The notes below the pieces were generated by a model, which did no database searches, had not been told where the DNA came from, and was given only the letters and a program-made list of their open reading frames with translations. This document shows, one piece after another, positions 9,990 through 19,649 of a stretch of 64,000 nt of DNA (positions are counted from its first letter, which is position 1; each line of letters begins with the position of its first letter). Source of the DNA: an uncultured Gemmatimonadales bacterium. GTDB taxonomy: Bacteria > Gemmatimonadota > Gemmatimonadetes > Longimicrobiales > Gaopeijiaceae. The translations under genes were made by a program, and so were the position numbers. The DNA lies in the NCBI GenBank assembly GCA_963809895.1, contig CAWELD010000003.1, positions 1,824,001-1,888,000 of the forward strand, given 5' to 3'.

Positions 9990-10050
9990 CATGTAAAGGT
10001 TACATGCATACTATGCATGCAATCTTGTGACAGGTCGGGCACTCTGTCAA
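9990..10050 (-). promoter_or_regulatory. TA promoter with palindromic operators
   Basis: TTGACA-N17-CAAGAT on the minus strand; palindromes CATGTAA-AGG-TTACATG and ATGCATA-C-TATGCAT. Confidence 0.7.
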
Positions 10051-10065
10051 ATGAAGAGGCCCACG

Positions 10066-11493
10066 TCAGCTCCCCAGCCCTTCCTCGACGATGGCCTCCC
10101 GGGCCACGCGCTCCTCGATATCGGCCTTGCCCGCGGCCAGCGACGGACGCTGCCAGCGGCCGCGCCGGAACCAGCCCATGGCCAGCGCCGCGCCCAGGAC
10201 GTTGGAGACCGGATAGGCCCAGAAGATGCCTGTCTCGGCGAGCCCGCTACGGCTGGAGAGGATCCACGCGGTGGGAAACAGGAACACCCACAGCTGCGTC
10301 ACGGTGAGCACCAGCGACGCGCCCGTGGCACCTGCCCCGCGCAGCGCCCCGGTGAGCACCTGCTGCACGCCGATGAAGCCGAAGAAGAGGCCGATGATGC
10401 GGAGGAAGCGGGTGCCGATGGCCAGGACCTCGGGGGCGTCGGGCACGAAGGCGGCGATGAGCGCGGGGGCGAACACGAAGATGAGGACGCCCGCGACCGA
10501 CATCCCCAGGAACGCGATGCGCACCCCCGTCCAGGCCGTGCGCATGGCGCGCTCCGGTCGGCCGGCGCCGATGTTCTGGCCCACCACGGTGGTGGTGGCC
10601 ATGGACAGGCCCAGCGCGGGGATGATGATGAAGCCCAGGATGCGCACACCGATGCCGTAGGCGGCGGTCACGGTGGTGCCGAAGCCCGTGACCAGCAGCA
10701 TCATCACCGAGAAGCCCAGCCCCCGGGCCGACTGCTCCAGCGACGACGGGATCCCCAGCGTCAGGATCTTCCGGATCAGAGGTGCGTCGGGCCACAGATC
10801 GCGCAGGTGCAGATGGATGCCGAAGCGCCCGCGGGTGAGCACCCATACGCCGACCACCGCGGCGATGGATTGCGTGAAGATCGTGGCCAGCGCCGCACCG
10901 CCGACACCCATGGGCGCGATGGGCCCCCATCCCAGGATGAGAAGGGGGTCGAGGACGAAGTTGAGGGCGACTGTGCCCGCGACGATATACAGTGGCGTGC
11001 GTACGTCTCCCACCCCGCGCATGAGCGACTGCACGACGAAGTAGATGAAGACCGCCACCATCCCCAGGAAGGAGATGCGCAGGTAGTCGGCGGCCATGGC
11101 GCCCACCGTGGCGTCCGGTGCGAACAGCCGCATGAGCGGGTCGGTGAGCAGGTAGCCGGCGACGGACAGCCCGATGGAGACGACCCCCACGGCCAGGAGC
11201 GTCTGCGCCGACACGTGGTCCACGGCCTCGGAATTCCCGGCACCGTAGTGCTGGGCCACCAGGATCGCGCCGGCGATGGCCAGACCACCGCCCAGGGCGA
11301 TCATGACGAACAGGATGGGGAAGCTCACCGAGACCGCCGCCACCGCCTCGGGCCCCAGGCGACCGACCCAGAAGGTGTCGATGAGCTGATAGACGGTCTG
11401 CAGGAGGTTGGCGGCCACGATGGGGCCGGCCAGCGCCAGCAGCGCGCGGGTGATGGAGCCCGACGTGAGATCCCGCGTCGGGCGCCGGGTCAT
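10066..11493 (-). CDS. MATE family efflux transporter
   Basis: DLTSGSI, QLIDTFWVGRLG, RGVGDVRTPL, GQNIGAG; about 12 TM segments. Confidence 0.93.
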   Translation of the reverse strand: MTRRPTRDLTSGSITRALLALAGPIVAANLLQTVYQLIDTFWVGRLGPEAVAAVSVSFPILFVMIALGGGLAIAGAILVAQHYGAGNSEAVDHVSAQTLLAVGVVSIGLSVAGYLLTDPLMRLFAPDATVGAMAADYLRISFLGMVAVFIYFVVQSLMRGVGDVRTPLYIVAGTVALNFVLDPLLILGWGPIAPMGVGGAALATIFTQSIAAVVGVWVLTRGRFGIHLHLRDLWPDAPLIRKILTLGIPSSLEQSARGLGFSVMMLLVTGFGTTVTAAYGIGVRILGFIIIPALGLSMATTTVVGQNIGAGRPERAMRTAWTGVRIAFLGMSVAGVLIFVFAPALIAAFVPDAPEVLAIGTRFLRIIGLFFGFIGVQQVLTGALRGAGATGASLVLTVTQLWVFLFPTAWILSSRSGLAETGIFWAYPVSNVLGAALAMGWFRRGRWQRPSLAAGKADIEERVAREAIVEEGLGS

Positions 11494-13829
11494 GCCCGCG
11501 ACGCCTCCCGCGTCCGCTCCTGCAGCAGGTCGATGAGCTGGCTGGCCGTGCCTTCGCGGCCGCCAGTGAGCTCGTCCAGCGAGGCTGCGTCCACCAGCGC
11601 GGCCGCGTCCGCTTCCGAGAGCGACAGGTCGTCGGCCAGGCTGCGGATGAGCTGAAGCTGCTTCCTGCTGGGCGGGCGCCGTTCGTCGTAGACGGCCTTC
11701 AGCTCGGTGATGGCCTCGCTGGCCTGGTCGCTGTGGACGATGTCATCCAGCGAACGCACACCGGCGATCTCGTGGAGATCCTCCTCGCCGAGTCCCAGAT
11801 CGTCGGCAAGCTCCCGCAGGTAGTGCATCTGCTTCTCGGTGGGCGCCGGCTTGATGCCGTCGTGCTTGAGGCTCGCGATGAGGTCCGTGGCCTCTCGGTG
11901 GGTGAGCGACGCCAGGCCGGGCTCGTGCCGCTCCTTGACCTCTGGCGGGGCATTGGCCAGGAGCCGCTGCAGGAGCTCGATCTGACTCGGTACGATCGAC
12001 CCCGCCTGCTTCTGCTCGCGGGCAGCGTCATGCAGCTCACGGATCTGGTCGCGCCACCGCTCCCAGCTCTCGGGGGCCGGCAGCTCACCGCGGGCGATGG
12101 CGTCCAGACGCTCCTCCATCTGCGCGGTGAAGTCCGTGTCGAAGAGCTCCATGGCCTCGCCGTTCTCTTTGCCGGGTTCCGAGTACAGCGGCGCCACGTC
12201 GAGCCAGGCCGCCCTGCCCCGCTCGGTGGGCGCCAGGCTACCGTCCTCCATCTCCACGTACCTGCGCTCCTCCAGCTTGTCCAGGGTGCGGCTGTAGGTG
12301 GAGGGACGGCCGATACCGGCGTCCTTCATGGCCTTGATGAGCGTATGGGGACGGTACCGGGGCGGCGGCCGCGTCTCGTCCTCGACGAGCCGGGGATTGT
12401 CGGCGTCCTCGGTGGCGGGATCCAGCGGCCACACCGCGCCTTCCTCCAGCGGCACGTCGGGCGGCGCCACGGCCACGTCGCCCATGAACTCGCGGTACGC
12501 CGCCTCCCACCCGTCGAAGGTGCGCCAGGAGACGCTCCCGGTGAGGCGCCGGTCCAGCTCGGCGCAGGACGCATCGATGCTCACCACGTTCCGTACCGAC
12601 GGTGCCATCTGGCTCGCCAGCGTCTGGGCCCGCACCAACCGGTACAGGCGGCGCGCGTCGGCGTCGTCCACGGCAGGCTCGTCCAGCTCCAGCCGGGTGG
12701 GGCGGATGGCCTCGTGGGCATCCTGGGTCGGGCCGGCGCCGGCCGCGGCGCGGGCACCCGGTCCCAGATGATCCTCACCGAAGCCGTCCTTCACGACGGC
12801 GCGAGCCTTCTCCACCGCCGACGCCGCCAGCCGCGTGGAGTCGGTGCGGATGTAGGTGATGTGGCCCGCCTCGTAGAGCATGGACGCCAGCACCGAGGTC
12901 TTGCGGGGTGACCACCCGAAGCGCGATCCCGCCGCCTGCAGGAGGGCATCGGTGGTGAACGGCGCCGAGGGCCGCCGGGACCGGGTGCTGGACTTGACCC
13001 CCTCCACCCTCACCCGGCCCGCCGCCGTCAGGGCGGCCAGCGCTCCCTCCGCCAGCTCGCCGTCGAAGGTGCGCGTCGGGTTGACCCGGCCGCCGTCGTC
13101 CTTCCAGGCGGCGGGGTCGTCGGGCTCGTGGAAGCGCACCTGCAGATCGATGCCCCGGGCCGCCGCGTGCACCTCGAAATAGGGGATGGGAACGTGGGCT
13201 TCACGCTGCAGCTCGCGCTCCACCACGAAGCCCAGCGTCGGCGTCTGCACACGACCCATGGACGCCGAGCCGCCGGGCACGATGGAGCGCGCCATGCGCG
13301 AGGTCCGGTAGCCCACCAGACGGTCCAGGAATTTGCGCACCAGCGCGCTGTCCACCATGCGGGCGTCCACGCCGCGCGGGTGCTCGAGGGCAGCCTCCAC
13401 GGCCTCGCGGGTCACCTCCTGGAAGGTGACGCGATGCGTGGGTCCGTGGGATTGCAGCTTGCGATCGAGCCCCCAGGCGATGAACTCGCCCTCGCGGTCC
13501 GGGTCGGTGGCGATCCAGAAGGTGGCGTCGGCACCCGCTTCGTCGAGGATCTTGCGAATGGCGTCCTCGCCCCGGTCGGTGGGCACCCAAGGCGGTGCCG
13601 GGAGCTCGCCAGGCCGGTTGGCCCAGAACGCCTTGGTGGCGTCCTTGCCGTGCGCCTTGCGGTTGTGGGGCAGGGTTTCGATGTGGCCGCCGGTGGCCAC
13701 CACGACCCAGTCGGCACCGAGGTACCGCTGGAGCGTCTTGGCCTTGGCGCCGGACTCGACGATGAGGACGTTCAAATCAGTTGGCGGGGTGGAAGTGCGG
13801 ATGTCGGACGGGACATAAGGGACTACCAC
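11490..13829 (-). CDS. topA: Type IA DNA topoisomerase with atypical helical-repeat C terminus (start may be TTG 13775)
   Basis: TOPRIM VES.AK and ATDPDREGE, GRVQTPTL, catalytic ITYIRTDS, QDAHEAIRPT, GIGRPSTY. Confidence 0.9.
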   Translation of the reverse strand: MVVPYVPSDIRTSTPPTDLNVLIVESGAKAKTLQRYLGADWVVVATGGHIETLPHNRKAHGKDATKAFWANRPGELPAPPWVPTDRGEDAIRKILDEAGADATFWIATDPDREGEFIAWGLDRKLQSHGPTHRVTFQEVTREAVEAALEHPRGVDARMVDSALVRKFLDRLVGYRTSRMARSIVPGGSASMGRVQTPTLGFVVERELQREAHVPIPYFEVHAAARGIDLQVRFHEPDDPAAWKDDGGRVNPTRTFDGELAEGALAALTAAGRVRVEGVKSSTRSRRPSAPFTTDALLQAAGSRFGWSPRKTSVLASMLYEAGHITYIRTDSTRLAASAVEKARAVVKDGFGEDHLGPGARAAAGAGPTQDAHEAIRPTRLELDEPAVDDADARRLYRLVRAQTLASQMAPSVRNVVSIDASCAELDRRLTGSVSWRTFDGWEAAYREFMGDVAVAPPDVPLEEGAVWPLDPATEDADNPRLVEDETRPPPRYRPHTLIKAMKDAGIGRPSTYSRTLDKLEERRYVEMEDGSLAPTERGRAAWLDVAPLYSEPGKENGEAMELFDTDFTAQMEERLDAIARGELPAPESWERWRDQIRELHDAAREQKQAGSIVPSQIELLQRLLANAPPEVKERHEPGLASLTHREATDLIASLKHDGIKPAPTEKQMHYLRELADDLGLGEEDLHEIAGVRSLDDIVHSDQASEAITELKAVYDERRPPSRKQLQLIRSLADDLSLSEADAAALVDAASLDELTGGREGTASQLIDLLQERTREASRA

Positions 13830-14096
13830 AGAAGGCGCGTCACCTCAAGGGCTGGATGAGCCGAGACGCTGTCGTGGGGGGCGGGAACGCGCCTGAGCGC
13901 CGCGACGGTGGCGAGCAGCAGGACGCCCCTTGCCGCACAGAACCCCGGTGCCGCCGGCCCGGTCCATGGGCGCCGTCAGGGTGAGGCCTGCCAGCACGGC
14001 AGCGACGCCCTGGCTGGCGGCCCGGGCGAAGAGGCCGGAGGGATGCGACGCGGATCGGCGCCCAGCGCCCAACGGCTGCCGCACGCGAGTCGAACC

Positions 14097-14253
14097 GTAC
14101 CACTGGAGCACCGTTTTCGAACGTTTGGTCGATAGAGCTCGCTGAGCGAGTTGAATCGACGAATGGAGGTCGGCCCGAAACATGGTTGATCGACTTCGAC
14201 TCGCTGAGCGAGTTGAGTCGACGAATCGTCGCTGGAGAGGGCTCCAGTGGAAC
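14097..14253. repeat. Intergenic element: terminal inverted repeats enclosing two 27-bp direct repeats
   Basis: CCACTGGAGC (14100-14109) / GCTCCAGTGG (14241-14250); CTCGCTGAGCGAGTTGARTCGACGAAT at 14138 and 14200. Confidence 0.8.
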
Positions 14254-14304
14254 CGGAGCGACACACGAGCCTGGCTCCGGGGTTCCGTCACACGCGCGGG
14301 CGGA

Positions 14305-14372
14305 AGGCGCGGTGCATTCCGAGGCGCGGTGCCCTCCGAGGCGCCGCGCACTCCGCCGCGCGGCACGCTCCG
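14305..14372. repeat. Four degenerate 17-bp tandem repeats
   Basis: AGGCGCGGTGCATTCCG / AGGCGCGGTGCCCTCCG / AGGCGCCGCGCACTCCG / CCGCGCGGCACGCTCCG. Confidence 0.7.
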
Positions 14373-14413
14373 CGGCCCGACGCCCGACGGAACCCATCCC
14401 CAGGAGCAGACAC

Positions 14414-14911
14414 ATGCCCTCACCCATGGAAGGCGCCCCCGGTCCCTACCTCGCCGACGCGCTGCGCGCCGTGGTCGGCGGCAAGCCCTGGTACGGGCCG
14501 GCGCTGTTGGAGTCCGTGGAGAACCTGGACCCTGAAGCCGCCGCCTCGCGTCCCATCGCCGACGCCCACTCCATCTGGGAACTGGTGCTCCACATCGGCG
14601 CCTGGGCCGAGATCGTCCACGAGCGCGTGAAGGGACAGCCCCCCGCGGTGACGATGGCGCGCAACTTCCCGCCGGTGGACGAGGTGAGCGACGACGCCTG
14701 GTCCCGCGCCATCGAGGAGATGGTGGCGCAGATCCACGCCCTGGCAGACACCGTCGCCGCCCTGGACGCCGCCCAGCTCTGGCAGGAGCGCCCGGAGCTC
14801 AAGCGCATCCCCGGCGAGCAGGTCCAGGGCGTGGTGGAGCACGCCGCGTATCACGCGGGTCAGATCAACCTGCTGCGGCGGGCGCTGGGCATCGCGCCGC
14901 CGCCGAGCTGA
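14414..14911 (+). CDS. DinB family protein
   Basis: PWYGP, HSIWELVLHI, EHAAYHAGQI; SD AGGAG. Confidence 0.88.
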   Translation: MPSPMEGAPGPYLADALRAVVGGKPWYGPALLESVENLDPEAAASRPIADAHSIWELVLHIGAWAEIVHERVKGQPPAVTMARNFPPVDEVSDDAWSRAIEEMVAQIHALADTVAALDAAQLWQERPELKRIPGEQVQGVVEHAAYHAGQINLLRRALGIAPPPS

Positions 14912-14926
14912 GGGGGGCTCCCTACC

Positions 14927-15460
14927 CTACCGCTTTCGCAGCACCACCGGCTCGGTGTCCTCGCCCAGCTCGCGGGCCAGGTCGCGGAGGTAGGCGTCCA
15001 TGGTGGCGGTGGGTGGGAAGGCGATCCGGCTCATGATGCGGAAGACGGGATTGCGGACGAAGCCCTCCTCGGTGATGGTCACGCGGGTGCCGCCCACCGT
15101 GGGCTCCAGCTCCCAGGTCCAGGTGCCGCCGAAGGGCATTCCGTCGTCGATGACGCGCACCACCTGCCGGGACGGAGCCTCCTGCGCCATGACCTCGAAC
15201 GGCGTGCGGCCCTGCTTGGCCACCTCGACGAAGCGCATCCGGCCTTCGACGGGATCCCCCATCTCGAGACCCGCGACGGCCGCCCGCCAGCGCGGCGTGT
15301 CCGCGAAATCGGAGACCAGGGCCCACACGGCGTCGACGCCGGCGCGCACCTCGAGGGTCATGCGCGCCACGTGGTCCCGGGGCAGGAGGCCGCCGACCAG
15401 CCACAGCACCAGCACGAGGCCCACGAGGCCGGCGACGGCCCCCAGCGCCCACCGGATCAT
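14927..15460 (-). CDS. SRPBCC (START/polyketide cyclase) family protein with N-terminal TM anchor
   Basis: AVWALVSDF, FGGTWTWEL, TRVTITEEG; ATGA overlap with MarR. Confidence 0.85.
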   Translation of the reverse strand: MIRWALGAVAGLVGLVLVLWLVGGLLPRDHVARMTLEVRAGVDAVWALVSDFADTPRWRAAVAGLEMGDPVEGRMRFVEVAKQGRTPFEVMAQEAPSRQVVRVIDDGMPFGGTWTWELEPTVGGTRVTITEEGFVRNPVFRIMSRIAFPPTATMDAYLRDLARELGEDTEPVVLRKR

Positions 15461-15936
15461 GCGTCGTCCTCGTCCCATCGGGTCCCCTCCCTCGCGTTGA
15501 GCTCGGCGGCCGCCTGGGCCAGGAGCGTGATTCCCTCCACCGCCCGCGCCCGCTCCTCGGGTGCGAGCAGGGCCAGCATGCGCTTCACCAGCTCCTCGTC
15601 CAGAACCGTGGCGTCTCGCATGGCCTCCGCACCCTCCTCGGAGAGGAAGAGATCGACGCGCCGCGCATCCTCTTCGGAGCGTCTCCGCTCGAGGTAGCCC
15701 AGCCGCTCGAGCCGCTTCACCGCCTCGGACACGGTGGACGCCCCCACGGCCATGTGCTCGGCGAGGCGCGCGGGACTGACCGGGCGCTCGCGCTCCAGGT
15801 GGCCCAGGATCCACGCGTCGCGCGCGGAGACCCCGTCGGGCCCGGTGCGAGTGCGCGGGTGGCGGCGGTGGCAGGCGTGATAGATCCGCGGGTAGGCGGC
15901 GAGCACGGCGAGGACGGGATCGGTTTTCATGCGCAT
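15457..15936 (-). CDS. MarR family regulator
   Basis: LAEHMAVGASTVSEAVKRLERLGY, DARRVDLFLSEEG; SD GGAGG. Confidence 0.9.
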   Translation of the reverse strand: MRMKTDPVLAVLAAYPRIYHACHRRHPRTRTGPDGVSARDAWILGHLERERPVSPARLAEHMAVGASTVSEAVKRLERLGYLERRRSEEDARRVDLFLSEEGAEAMRDATVLDEELVKRMLALLAPEERARAVEGITLLAQAAAELNAREGTRWDEDDA

Positions 15937-16070
15937 ACACTACATCCTCCACCTGATTCTTCGTCAAATCGAACGACCTGCGAGAAGGGCGCCGCACGAG
16001 CGAAGCGTCGCCTCGTGTCCTATCTTGATGGCCACCATCAATCGAGCGTCCACCCGTGTCCATGATCGCC

Positions 16071-19000
16071 ATGCACCGCATACCGACGGCGCGCACGCGC
16101 CCTGTTCACCGCCCTGCCTTCCTCGCCGCGTCACTCCTCGTCCTGGCGGCCGCATCGCCGCTCGCCGCTGCCCAGGTCCGCGGCCCGTCCGCCGGCGACC
16201 CGGCGACGGCACCGGAGACGGCGCTGCCCCGCGCCGACTCCGCCAAGAAGGTGCTGACGCCCGAAGACTACTCCCGCTGGCGCACCATCTCCGACGAGAG
16301 CATCTCCAGCGACGGCAAGTGGGCGACCTACGTCTACCGGTTCACCAACGTGGCGCAGCGGGACGAGAAGCCCGAGCTGCACATCCGCAACCTCGACAGC
16401 GGCGAGGACGTCGCCATCGCCAACGCCTCGGGTGGCGAGTTCTCGCCCGACGGCCGCTGGCTCGCGTATCAGGTGGACTCCATGCCGGCCCGGAACGGGC
16501 GGAGCCGTGGGGGCGACGAAGGCGAGGGCGGGGGATCCGGGGGAGGGCGCAACGGCGGCTCCACGACGCTCCACCGGGTGGAGCTCCGGGAGCTGGCCAC
16601 CGGCCGAACCCAGGTGTGGCACAACATGCGGTCCGTGACCTTCAACCAGGCCTCGACCTTCGCGCTGGTGCGGGATCGCGCCTCGGGAGGCGGCGGACGG
16701 GGCTTCGGGGGCGGCGGCTTCGGGGGAGCCCGCGGCGGTGGTGGCGGAGCCAACGGCGGCGGCTCGGACGCCATCCTCTACGACCTGGGCAGCGGCCGCA
16801 GCCAGCTCCTGGGCAGCGTGGGCGACGCCGAGTTCGACCGCGCGGGCCACATGCTGGCCTACACCGTGGACGCCGACGTGAAGGACGCCAACGGGCTGTT
16901 CGTGGTGGACCTGGCCACCGGCGCCACGCAGGCGCTGGACAACGAGGCGCGCTCCTATGCCCAGATGGCGTGGAACGACGCCGGCACCGGGATCGCGGTG
17001 CTCAAGGGCCAGGACGTGGACAAGATGCGGGAGAAGGACAACGTGCTGCTGGTGGTGCCCGACGTGCGGGCGGCGCTGGCCAACCCGAAGCTCGCGGGGG
17101 TGACGCTGGACACGACCGCCACGGGTTTTCCGGAGGGATGGGTGATCAGCGAGCGCGCACCGCTGAGCTGGAGTGAGGACGGCAGCCTGGTATTCCTGGG
17201 CGCCATGCCCCAGACGCCGGCGTCGGACACCGTGCGGGTGGAAAGCTCCGACACCACCACCGACGTGGACGTGTGGAGCACGGCCGATCGCTACATCCAG
17301 TCGGTGCAGATGGGCCGGGCACAGCGCGACCGGAACTTCACCTACCGCGAGGCCTTCGCCGTGGGCAGCCGATCCTACGTGGCGCTCAGCGACTCGACCA
17401 TGCGCGATCTGCAGATCTCGCCCGACGGCCGCTGGGCCGTGGGTCAGGACGAGCGCGCCTACGTCTCGGACTGGAAGCCGTCCCGGGCCGACTTCTACCG
17501 GGTGAACACGGCCACCGGCGAGCGCACGCCCATGTTCCAGGGTGAGCTCACGGGCCGGTCCGCCATGGGATTCTCGCCCGACGGCAAGAGCTACCTGTTC
17601 TGGAAGGACGACACCTTCCAGGCCTACGACCTGGCCTCGGGAACCATGAAGGTGCTGGGCAGCGATGCGCCGGCCTTCGTGGACACCACCTACGACCATC
17701 CCGGCCCGACGCCGCCGTGGGGCGTGGCCGGCTATACCTCCGACGGCCGCCGCCTCATCGTCGAGGATCGCTACGACCTGTGGACGCTGCCCCTGGACGG
17801 AAGCGCCGGCGCGCGCAACATCACCGACGGCTTCGGGCTGGAGAACCGAATCCAGCTCCGCATGGTCCGGCCCGAGCCCATCGATCCCCTGGCGAGCCGG
17901 CGCGTGCGCACCGGTGACCAGTACGATCTGTCGAAGCCCGTGACACTGTCGGCCTTCGGCGAGCTCACCAAGAAGGCGGGCTTCTACCGCCTGTCGGGCG
18001 GAACGCTCGACGAGGTGCTCTACGACGACGCCATGTACGACACCCCGGAGAAAGCGGCCCACGCCGACCGCTTCCTCTTCACGCGCCAGACCTTCACGGA
18101 ATCCCCCGATCTGCGTGTGTCGGGTGCCGACTTCAGCGACGCCGAGAAGATCACGGACTCCAATCCCCAGCAATCCGAATACCGCTGGGGCCACAGCGAG
18201 CTCTTCGACTTCAGCGACCGCTACGGGCACCCGCTCCAGGGCCTGCTCTGGTTCCCCGACGACTACCAGCAAGGCGAGAAGCGGCCGATGCTGGTGACGT
18301 TCTACGAGAAGAATTCGCAGATCCTGAATCGCTACCCCATGCCCGAGCTGCTGGTGAGCGTCGGGCGCCCGGCCATCGAGGCGGTGAGCAAGGGCTACAT
18401 CGTCATGATTCCCGACATCTATTACAACACCGGGGAATCCCACGACGACCAGTTGGACGGGGTGGAGTCGGCCACCCGCAAGATCATCGACATGGGCTAC
18501 GCCGACCCCGATCACATCGGGCTCCACGGCCACAGCTACGGCGGTGAGGGCGCGGCGTACATCGGCACGAAGTCGCGGCTGTTCGCGGCCGTGGCCGAGG
18601 GCGCCGGCGTCACCGACCTCTACACCGACTTCAGCCAGGAGTGGGGCTGGTCGTACCAGAACAGCGGCGGCTCGGGCGCCAACGGCAACCAGTACTACGT
18701 CTACGGCCAGGGCCGCTGGGGCGCGTCACCGTGGGAGATCCCCGACGTCTACCACGACGAGTCCGCGCTCAACCACGCCGACGAGGTCACGCAGCCCATC
18801 CTCATCATGCACGGCACGGCCGATCCCACGGTGTCGTTCAACGAGAGCCTCAAGTTCTTCAACGCGCTGCGCTTCAACGAGAAGACGGCGTGGCTGCTGG
18901 CGTATCCCGGCGAGGGCCACCACCTGAGCAAGCTCGGCAACCGCACCGACTTCACCATCCGCTTCTTCCAGTTCTTCGACCACTACCTGAAGGGCGCGCC

Positions 19001-19109
19001 GGAGCCGGCGTGGATGACCGAAGGGATCCCCTTCATCAAGAAGGCGACGCTCATCGCTCCGCAGGGGAGTTCGGACCAGGGCGAAGAGCCGGGCGGGGGC
19101 GAGCGGTAG
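16071..19109 (+). CDS. Secreted S9 (prolyl oligopeptidase) family peptidase
   Basis: Signal peptide, WD40/TolB-like SPDG repeats, GHSYGG, HGTADPTV, YPGEGHHL; start could be 16062. Confidence 0.92.
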   Translation: MHRIPTARTRPVHRPAFLAASLLVLAAASPLAAAQVRGPSAGDPATAPETALPRADSAKKVLTPEDYSRWRTISDESISSDGKWATYVYRFTNVAQRDEKPELHIRNLDSGEDVAIANASGGEFSPDGRWLAYQVDSMPARNGRSRGGDEGEGGGSGGGRNGGSTTLHRVELRELATGRTQVWHNMRSVTFNQASTFALVRDRASGGGGRGFGGGGFGGARGGGGGANGGGSDAILYDLGSGRSQLLGSVGDAEFDRAGHMLAYTVDADVKDANGLFVVDLATGATQALDNEARSYAQMAWNDAGTGIAVLKGQDVDKMREKDNVLLVVPDVRAALANPKLAGVTLDTTATGFPEGWVISERAPLSWSEDGSLVFLGAMPQTPASDTVRVESSDTTTDVDVWSTADRYIQSVQMGRAQRDRNFTYREAFAVGSRSYVALSDSTMRDLQISPDGRWAVGQDERAYVSDWKPSRADFYRVNTATGERTPMFQGELTGRSAMGFSPDGKSYLFWKDDTFQAYDLASGTMKVLGSDAPAFVDTTYDHPGPTPPWGVAGYTSDGRRLIVEDRYDLWTLPLDGSAGARNITDGFGLENRIQLRMVRPEPIDPLASRRVRTGDQYDLSKPVTLSAFGELTKKAGFYRLSGGTLDEVLYDDAMYDTPEKAAHADRFLFTRQTFTESPDLRVSGADFSDAEKITDSNPQQSEYRWGHSELFDFSDRYGHPLQGLLWFPDDYQQGEKRPMLVTFYEKNSQILNRYPMPELLVSVGRPAIEAVSKGYIVMIPDIYYNTGESHDDQLDGVESATRKIIDMGYADPDHIGLHGHSYGGEGAAYIGTKSRLFAAVAEGAGVTDLYTDFSQEWGWSYQNSGGSGANGNQYYVYGQGRWGASPWEIPDVYHDESALNHADEVTQPILIMHGTADPTVSFNESLKFFNALRFNEKTAWLLAYPGEGHHLSKLGNRTDFTIRFFQFFDHYLKGAPEPAWMTEGIPFIKKATLIAPQGSSDQGEEPGGGER

Positions 19110-19142
19110 CGCGGAGGGTCAGGAGTCGCGGGGTCCACATCC

Positions 19143-19202
19143 TTGACACCACCGTAGCCGTGGGGTATGCTCGCTGTGATCATATAATCATTCCGATCAT
19201 AT
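19143..19202 (+). promoter_or_regulatory. PadR module promoter and putative operator
   Basis: TTGACA-N17-TATGCT; imperfect palindrome ATATAATC-ATTCC-GATCATAT. Confidence 0.65.
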
Positions 19203-19218
19203 GACAGGTCCGGTGCGC

Positions 19219-19608
19219 ATGTCCTCGTCCAATGATTCTCCCCCGGTGGAATTCCACCTCCCCCTGAAGCCCAAGGACTACCATCTGTTGGCCGCTCTGT
19301 GCACCGGCCCCCTCCACGGCTACGGGCTCGTGAAGGCGCTGGAGGAGCAGACGGACGGACTCATTTCGCTGGCTCCGGGCAACCTGTACCGGGTCGTGCG
19401 GCGGTTGGAGCGGGACGGCCTGGTGGAAGCGGCGCCCGATGCGGAGCGTCCCGAGGTCGAGCCGGCTCATGAGCGCGAGGAACAGAGGATCTACTACCGC
19501 GTGACTCCGTTGGGACGGCGCGTCGTCGCGGCCGAGACCGAGCGGATGCGGGCGCTGGTGCGGCAAGCAGACTCGCTGGGCCTTTCCGCGCGGTCTGGAA
19601 GCGGGTGA
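19219..19608 (+). CDS. PadR family regulator (alternative start 19201)
   Basis: PLKPKDYHLLAAL, LHGYGL, PGNLYRVVRRL, RIYYRVT. Confidence 0.9.
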   Translation: MSSSNDSPPVEFHLPLKPKDYHLLAALCTGPLHGYGLVKALEEQTDGLISLAPGNLYRVVRRLERDGLVEAAPDAERPEVEPAHEREEQRIYYRVTPLGRRVVAAETERMRALVRQADSLGLSARSGSG

Positions 19609-19649
19609 GGCGGCAGCACCGTGGAATCCGGGATGCGGCGGAAGGCGCC

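Noticed and set aside
14138..14226. CRISPR mini-array (27-bp palindromic repeats, 35-bp spacer)
   Set aside because: Only two repeats, no cas genes in the window, and enclosed by terminal inverted repeats.
16686..16765. Gly-rich low-complexity stretch in the S9 peptidase
   Set aside because: An in-frame flexible linker; no evidence of a separate element.
16131..18533. Long antisense or overlapping ORFs (also 5655-7898, 25529-27433, 40910-42514, 58154-60787)
   Set aside because: Shadow frames of GC-rich genes with no recognisable motifs.
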